A DNA stretch of 62,627 nt, the filler included, from Collodictyon triciliatum (taxonomy: Eukaryota), in assembly GCA_043381765.1 (NCBI GenBank). It is 9 parts of 9 records of this genome, joined end to end, with 100 filler letters (N's around TTAATTAATTAA, not from the genome) between each part and the next. Parts side by side here need not be neighbours in the genome. Positions count along the whole stretch, not along the records: positions 56,122 to 62,627 come from JBHJMP010004427.1; 8 more parts are not named here. One strand, written 5' to 3'. The notes beneath the pieces were generated by a model. It was given only the letters and a program-made list of their open reading frames with translations, was not told the DNA's origin and made no database searches. A program made the position numbers and the translations under genes. Below, in pieces: positions 56,022 to 62,627 of this stretch; position 1 is the first letter of the stretch; each line of letters begins with the position of its first letter.

Positions 56022-56653
56022 NNNNNNNNNNNNNNNNNNNNNNNNNNNNNNNNNNNNNNNNNNNNTTAATTAATTAANNNNNNNNNNNNNNNNNNNNNNN
56101 NNNNNNNNNNNNNNNNNNNNNGGTTCACAGACAGCAAATTTTAAAAGATGTGGCATTTTCCTCGTTCATGGGGTTTGGTTTTGTTATTCTAATTTCCTCT
56201 TTCTAAATGCCTTAATTATATCGATTTATTCTTGTTGCAGACGCCTCCTTGTGGATGCGGCCGAAGGGATTAGCAGGTTTGAAGATAACATAGCACACGC
56301 CACGCAATCGAATGGCTGCTCTCATATTGACTCTATTCTAATTGCACACTGGAATCGCGATAATAGACGGTATACTCACCATCATGAAACGGGTTTCTTT
56401 TTGTATTTTGAAATGGGAATAAGCTATTGATGTGTGCGCACTCTCTCTTGGTTTTATTAATAGTTCTTTCGACTTTTAGGTCAGGTTATGTTTCAGTGAT
56501 TTTAAGGTCCTTTTTAATTGTTATTAATGGTTGTCTCATTTTATTTGGGTTTAGAAAGTGTCCCAAATGGAAGATGAAGCACCCACACGATGTTACGATT
56601 GGTGCGTGCTCTTTTTTTAATTGCTTTGACTTCTTACTAAACATACAACCACA

Positions 56654-58085
56654 CTAAATTAAGAAGCAGGCTGTTGGCCTGGATGTTCAAAGGAAGTGCC
56701 CTCGCACCCCAACAAAATACGATATGTTAAACCTTTGAATGATTTAATTTCCTACCCAACCAAGTGAAAAGCCAACCATCCAACAAGCGTTAGCCGCATA
56801 TAGAAAGAATTAAATATATGGAAAAGAATAAGTCAAGAACAAGATTTTAACATCACAGCATCATCGGTGCTAGCAACTTGGACAAAGCGAAGTTTGATTT
56901 GCATCATTCTTGGCTAGCTTGTATGCAAGATTCCATCGCAGTCGGCACACAAGATGCACACAGCCAACCACAGCCGTTCTGAATAACAAAGGAAAATGGC
57001 GCTCACGTAGACAAGTCTCATACGACATTCCGTCGCCATTCTACTTCCACCTCAAGAACGAACGCTCGTCAACGGTGCACAGTCTATGCAGTTCTCGATG
57101 GCTATGGCCTACTCCAAATTCTTTCGATACAAAATATCGCCGCCGACACCCTACAAAAAGTCAAAACATCAACGGTGGGGAGAAACACTGGGCATCACCC
57201 ACACCCCGCTCACCGCAAGCTGGAGACAAGCACGAACCCCGCAAGTCCTTCCAATTCACCACTATCTAATGCTTTATATCACCAATAGGGAGCTATGGAT
57301 AGGCACACGCGCGGCAAAAGCTGGCAAAGTCTCCCAACAATGCACACTTTGCAGCAACGGTGATGAATCCATTGAGCACACATTTGTGCAATGTCCCTTC
57401 GCTCAAAACCATGCGCAAAACAGCCGGTAAGATTCTTCGACTGACACTCAAGACGGCTGCGGCTGTTGGCTCTATCCAGGCGATATTTGGGCCTCTGCAA
57501 CAGCTGCGTCCAGATGCAAAAACATTCTGGGCAGTGACGCGAGGCCATTTGCTATGGACTATGTGGATAGCGCGCATATACTCACGCAAAGCAAGATTCA
57601 ACAACCAGCCACCCATTCCTGATAACAGGCTGAATGACATCATACAAATATCTTTCCTCAATAGCTTTCTTCGCCACCTGCACGTCCTCTACCGCTCAGA
57701 CCCTGTGAGAAGAGACATGTGGAAAGAGGCTGAGAAGGACATTAAACCTCGCCTTGTCTCTCTCATGCAAGCACAAGACCCAGGCCACAGGCCAAAGCGC
57801 AGGATGCAATTGCTGATTACCGACTACTTCTCCGCCACCCGGCCACCAAGTAGCGTCTATGCAAAAGATGGCCAGCGAACTAAAGCCAACATCTCCACCA
57901 TCCTGCACAAAATTGAAAGAAAGAATAAATAAAATCATTCAAAACAAAAAAACCAAAAGAAAAAAAAACACACCATCCAGGAACTTCTCAATTGTCTCGT
58001 CCACAACTCATTGTCCCAGAGGCGAAGGCGATATCCCGGCTTTGTTTTCGTATATATAAACTGTTGGAGACAAGTCAAAAAAAAT
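56654..58085 (+). mobile_element. L1/Tx1-like non-LTR retrotransposon, 5'-truncated, with ORF2 C-terminus, 3' UTR module and A-rich tail
   Basis: zf-RVT-like CTLCSNGDESIEHTFVQCPFA followed by LLWTMWIAR; stop at 57932; 3' module at 57969-58085; at least four ORF2 copies in the window. Confidence 0.85.
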
Positions 58086-58168
58086 AAAAGAAAAATAAAA
58101 ATAAAAGAAAAAGAAAAGAAAAATAAAAATAAAAGAAAAACGCTGGCAGAGCCGCAGACACAGGGATC

Positions 58169-59467
58169 ATGGCCAAGCAGGGCGCAGCTGCAGACGTCTT
58201 CGAGGCACTTGGGCCAGCAGCGGGCTTCACAGCACGGCGCGGCACAGGCAGCGGCAGAGAAACCGCCCCGGGGATTCTGCACCGACGCTTCATCACCGTC
58301 TTTGACACGGAGATCGAATACCCGAGCGGCGAGCGCATGTCCTTCGACGTTGTGGGCCGAGGCGCAGACAGCGAGGCCACGCCGCAGTTTGTGTGCGTCT
58401 TTGTGGCGCATACGGATTCATCGGCGACACATCCAGGTTCATCACTACCATCAAAATCATCATCGAACCATCATCACCGTTATTATCATCACTATCATCA
58501 AAATCATCATCACAGTTTCCGCCACGCTCCTTTCTGAGTTCTGCTGGGGGCCCCGCGAGTTTCTGGCCACACTGCCCTGCGGCGCATTCGAGCCGGCCAA
58601 GCATCGCTCTCTGCTGCACGCCGCGGTGGCTGAGCTGCGCGAAGAAGGCCGACTCTGTGGCGGCCGATGGCTTTCTCTTCTTCCACCTCCCTCCCGCCAC
58701 GGCCCGGAGCAAGGTTCTTGCCGCACCAGCTTACACGCCTTACCACATTCTTCAAATTCAACACAATCATCACAATCATCACAATCATCACAATCATCAC
58801 AATCATCACAATCGTCACAATCATCACAATCCTCACAATCTGCCTCACACCCTCTGCCTCACAATCCTCACAATCTGCCTCACACCCTCTGCGTCAACAA
58901 CACGCCGGGCCCAAATGCGCAGGAGTCGTGGAGCTGAAGTGGGGCCGCGGGCGGTTCTTCCCCCTGCTTGTGCTAGACCCGGAGACAGACCCGAATCCGC
59001 CGGCCTTGGACCCGGAGGAGGTTGTGCGCATTGTGCCTCGCGTGCCGCTGTGCGACGTGTGGAGTGTCGTAATTGCCGGGCGCATGCAGCTGCATTCCGT
59101 GCAGACCGCCGCAATGGCTTTGCATGCGCTCGGCGCATCGACTCGTTTTGCGGGTGTGAATACAGATGTGAATGCATGTGTGAATGTATGTATGTATGTA
59201 TGTATGTATGTATGTATGTATGTATGTATGTATGTATGTATGTATGTATGTATGTATGTATGTATGTATGTATGTATGTATGAATGAATGAATGAATGAA
59301 TGTGTGAGAGTGTAGATGTAAATGTAGATGTAAATGGTAATCCATATGTGAATGCAGAAGCGGACGCGCAGCGGGAGAGATTCGCTGCGTTGTGGCAGGC
59401 GGCCGTGCCCTTTGACGAAAATGCGTGTGGTTATCCGCCCTCCGTGCACGACGTCCTCGCCGGATGA
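58169..59467 (+). CDS. Nudix hydrolase, four exons
   Basis: Three phase-1 GT-AG introns join ...MSFDVVGR...FVCVF...|VSATLLSEFCWGP...LPCGAFEPAKHRSLLHAAVAELREEGRL...|GVVELKW...LDPEE...|EADAQ...LAG*. Nudix-box-like motif G...AxxELxEExxL. Confidence 0.75.
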
Positions 59468-60016
59468 CCCTCCCGTTCGCTGTGATGCACCTGCGTTTGT
59501 GGGCCTCCCAAGTCGTTTGATAAACCTATCATTATTATTTTCTCTCTTTTTCTCCATTCTCATATCTATTTATTTCTTTCTGTTTTTCGTTTCTTTATTT
59601 TCTTGCTCTGTGCTGAGTATCGATGTATATGTTCAAAGGAGGATATTATGTGTGCGTTTGTTTGCTTGTTTGTGCCTGTAGTGGATGTATAAATGAAGAG
59701 GAAAAGTGTAATGAACAGCAGCGATAGTCTTTCCATCTTTCCTGTCCGCAGCATAATGCAGCATAGGTAAAGACCTGAAGCGGTTCGACGGAATAAATCA
59801 TGTGGGAGGGGAGTAATCAGAAAACGGCGCTAGAAAAAAAAAAGGACACTCAAAAAATGCAAAGAGGAAGCCGCGATGAAAAGGTTTCACAGAGAAGGAC
59901 CGAATGTTGCAGCCGTGAAAAAAGTGAAAGTGAAGGATTTTTTTTTGGTGCAAAACATCGGCAAAGGCGACGAACAGCAAACCCGTGCTTCTCCGCCGCA
60001 CTTGCCATTTGGCTTT

Positions 60017-62319
60017 TTACTCTCCATTCACTGCGCCCACTAGGTTGTGGAAGAATGTCGATGCGTCGGCTTTCTCGAAAAATATGTGTTCGGTCAAATA
60101 CGCTGGAGCGCTGGAATATTGAATATTGCATAAACAGTGTTTACTTGAATTGGTTGTTAAAAAACGAAAACAGAAAGAAAACCAGAAGAGGAAGAAGAAA
60201 AGAAGAAAAGGAAGAGAAAAGCTTGTTGTAAGATTTACGCTGTTTCCAGTGTGAAATTGAGGGGGTTGTATTCGCAATACTTTTCTTCAACACGAAGCTC
60301 GAATAGAACAACTGTGAAATGAGATTGACATGAAAAAAGTTGACTCCTTATTTCTTTTTTTTTTTCATTGTTATCGTATTTTTCTTTAAAAAAAAAAATA
60401 ACAAAGAAAAGCATCATCATGCAAATACTTAAAAAAAAAATTCGGGTAATGCGGAAGACTTTGTCAGAAATCCATTCAAACACACATTTCTCATCCGTTT
60501 TGCTGTAGCATAGGCCATGAAGTTCGTTTTCAGACACCACGCGGATGCGAATCCCGAAAAAGAGTTCAAAGAAATGCTTTGTTGCCTCAAAATCGCTACT
60601 CTATTATATTTCTCACTTAATGTACGAAACGAGGACTCAATTGAAGTCTTACCAAAAAAGAATGGACATGAAGATGAAGAGAAAAAAACACAAGACAATC
60701 GCTATTACCTTTTGCATCATGTCTTGGAGATCGAGCCTTAATTGCATGAGTTCCCGGATGCCCGCTTTCAGAGTCAACAGAATTAGTAATTTTCATAAAA
60801 ATAAATTTACCAAACAAAATATCATAATATAAAAAATTCATATTGTCATTGTTGAACTCAATTGAATGCCGTACCTTCCTGACCATCTCCTTTGACCAAT
60901 TTTTCCAACCTCTCAACTTCGCGATGGAGAGACATGTTCTCTCTTTATATGAAATACGATTTTTTGTGTAAGAATTTTATATTTTTTTTAGAATGAAGTA
61001 GTCAATCACTATACAGACACGGATAATTGATGGTCAAAATATCTACAAAAAAGAAAACATAGCGACTTGCCGTTTCATATCTTCATTCTGGGCTGACGTA
61101 TTGTCAATTAATTGCTGCGTCTCAATAAGTTCATGCAAATGGCCCACATAATCTGCAAAAATATAGAAAATTTAAAAAAATGAGAAATGTGTATAATTGA
61201 TATGAAGCTTTGGCATGCAGAAATGATTGTATACATGAAAAAAATTCATAAAGAAATATGTTGAATACCTTTTACTAATTCCCAGTATTTTCCATCGTGC
61301 TCATCACTTGTGTTCACATGATTTCCATCATCACCTGGCGAGACAGATTTTGTGCGCTTTAATAAATCCGTCAAAACAGTCAGTTTCTCTACTGGATTTC
61401 CACCCGACGACAATGGCCGAACAGGCAATGAACTCTGCATGACGGTCTTTCGTCCACTTTGGTCTCGCCTGGTCCTTTTGCTTGGTTCGCCACCTGATTG
61501 CACCGAATGGGAGTCATCATCGTCCAGCTCAGCACGGTCACGCACAGGACCTACGCCAAACCTAGTTGCCCACGACTTTGCATGGGAGGGTACAATCTTA
61601 GAAACGAAATCTGAAGAGTCTTCCGTCTCGACCACCTTTTTTCTTGACAGATTCTTTGTTCCAGTTCTACTTTGCGCCTTTGCGCTAGGCTGGCTGCCCT
61701 GTGAGATGGTGTCATAATGTGATGATGGCAATCGTTGGTGTGTGTCTGAATGTTTTGTCCTGGATGACAAACGAGGCGACTTTCTGTGCTCAGCCCCCGA
61801 CTCGACCATGGCCGAACCGATGTGAGATAAATCGCCCTGTTCATTAGCTTCGGATTGTGATAATGCTGATAAATTCTGACGGTTTCTTCGTGTGCCTTTT
61901 GGTGTTGGTGCTGCTGCTTGCTGACCGACTGAAGTGTATGTATGATGCGTTTTCTTTTGAGCCTTACGGTATTGCGTATTTGGTTGTGTGGGCGAGTGTG
62001 ATTGTGAGTATGAGTGTGAGTGTGATTGACTCAAAATTGTGGAGGATTTTTGTGGATTCGGCTGAGAAAATGACTCGTCGGGATGTAGCACCGACTTATC
62101 GAGAATTCTAGATGTTGAGAGGTGGCTTTTGTCCGCGGAATCGTTGTGGGAAGAGGCGAGTTCGGTCGATGTGGAGATACGTCCGTTGCTAAGCAGCAAA
62201 TTTGGCATTGTTGGCCCCCTCAGTGCATCAAAGAGTTTTGGTGGTTGCGTTGTCTGCGAGGATGTCGATTCGATCGCGTTTGGTTTTGTTAGTGTTTCGG
62301 GAATATGGGTTTTTTTCAT
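60017..62319 (-). CDS. Unknown protein with a long Ser-rich disordered N-terminal exon and further short exons
   Basis: 357-codon ORF plus downstream open exons. No recognised domain; 3' end uncertain. Confidence 0.55.
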
Positions 62320-62339
62320 CCAAAAATGAAAATGGATAA

Positions 62340-62627
62340 AGAAAGGAAAAAGAAAAGGAAAAAGAAAAGGAAATGGAAAAAAGAAAAAGAAAAGGAAATG
62401 GAAAAAGAGAAAGAAAGAAAAAGAAAAGGAAATGGAAAAAGAGAAAGAAAGAAAAGAAAAGAAAAGAAAAGAAAAGAAAAGAAAAGAAAAGAAAAGAAAA
62501 GAAAAGAAAAGAAAAAGGAAAAAGAAAAAGAAAAAGGAAAAAGGAAAAAGAAAAAGAAAAAGAAAAAGAAAAAAAGGAAAAGGAAAAGGAAAAGGAAAAA
62601 AAGGAAAAGGAAAAGGAAAAGGAAAAG
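62340..62627. repeat. Purine-rich (GAAAA/GGAAAA)n tract
   Basis: Visible array. Confidence 0.9.

Overview
Eukaryotic, intron-rich, AT-rich protist DNA. It is probably a flagellated amoebozoan-like organism, inferred from CFAP58, a TKL-kinase/class III cyclase/TKL-kinase gene and a three-C1 DAG kinase. The window is nine unrelated contigs joined by artificial N-TTAATTAATTAA-N linkers, so adjacency across linkers has no meaning. Host genes: cytoplasmic dynein heavy chain (partial), SAPS/PP6R-like, DAG kinase, GYF protein, an HNH-like Zn-finger protein, two TRIM-NHL genes, CFAP58, an SP-RING SUMO ligase, kinase-cyclase-kinase, a Nudix hydrolase, tRNA-Leu(CAG) and several unknowns. Main points of interest: (1) two decayed copies of a Fanzor1 (eukaryotic TnpB-like RNA-guided nuclease) element sharing a structured 3' non-coding tail, a candidate omegaRNA; (2) an L1/Tx1-like retrotransposon family plus an ORF1-only element that shares its 3' terminal module, with a 62-bp copy of that module flanked by a 22-bp target-site duplication; (3) a clean U12-type AT-AC intron in dynein, against a background of degenerate, strongly phase-0 U2 donors and two GC-AG introns. 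All calls come from reading the sequence by eye; no database searches were run.
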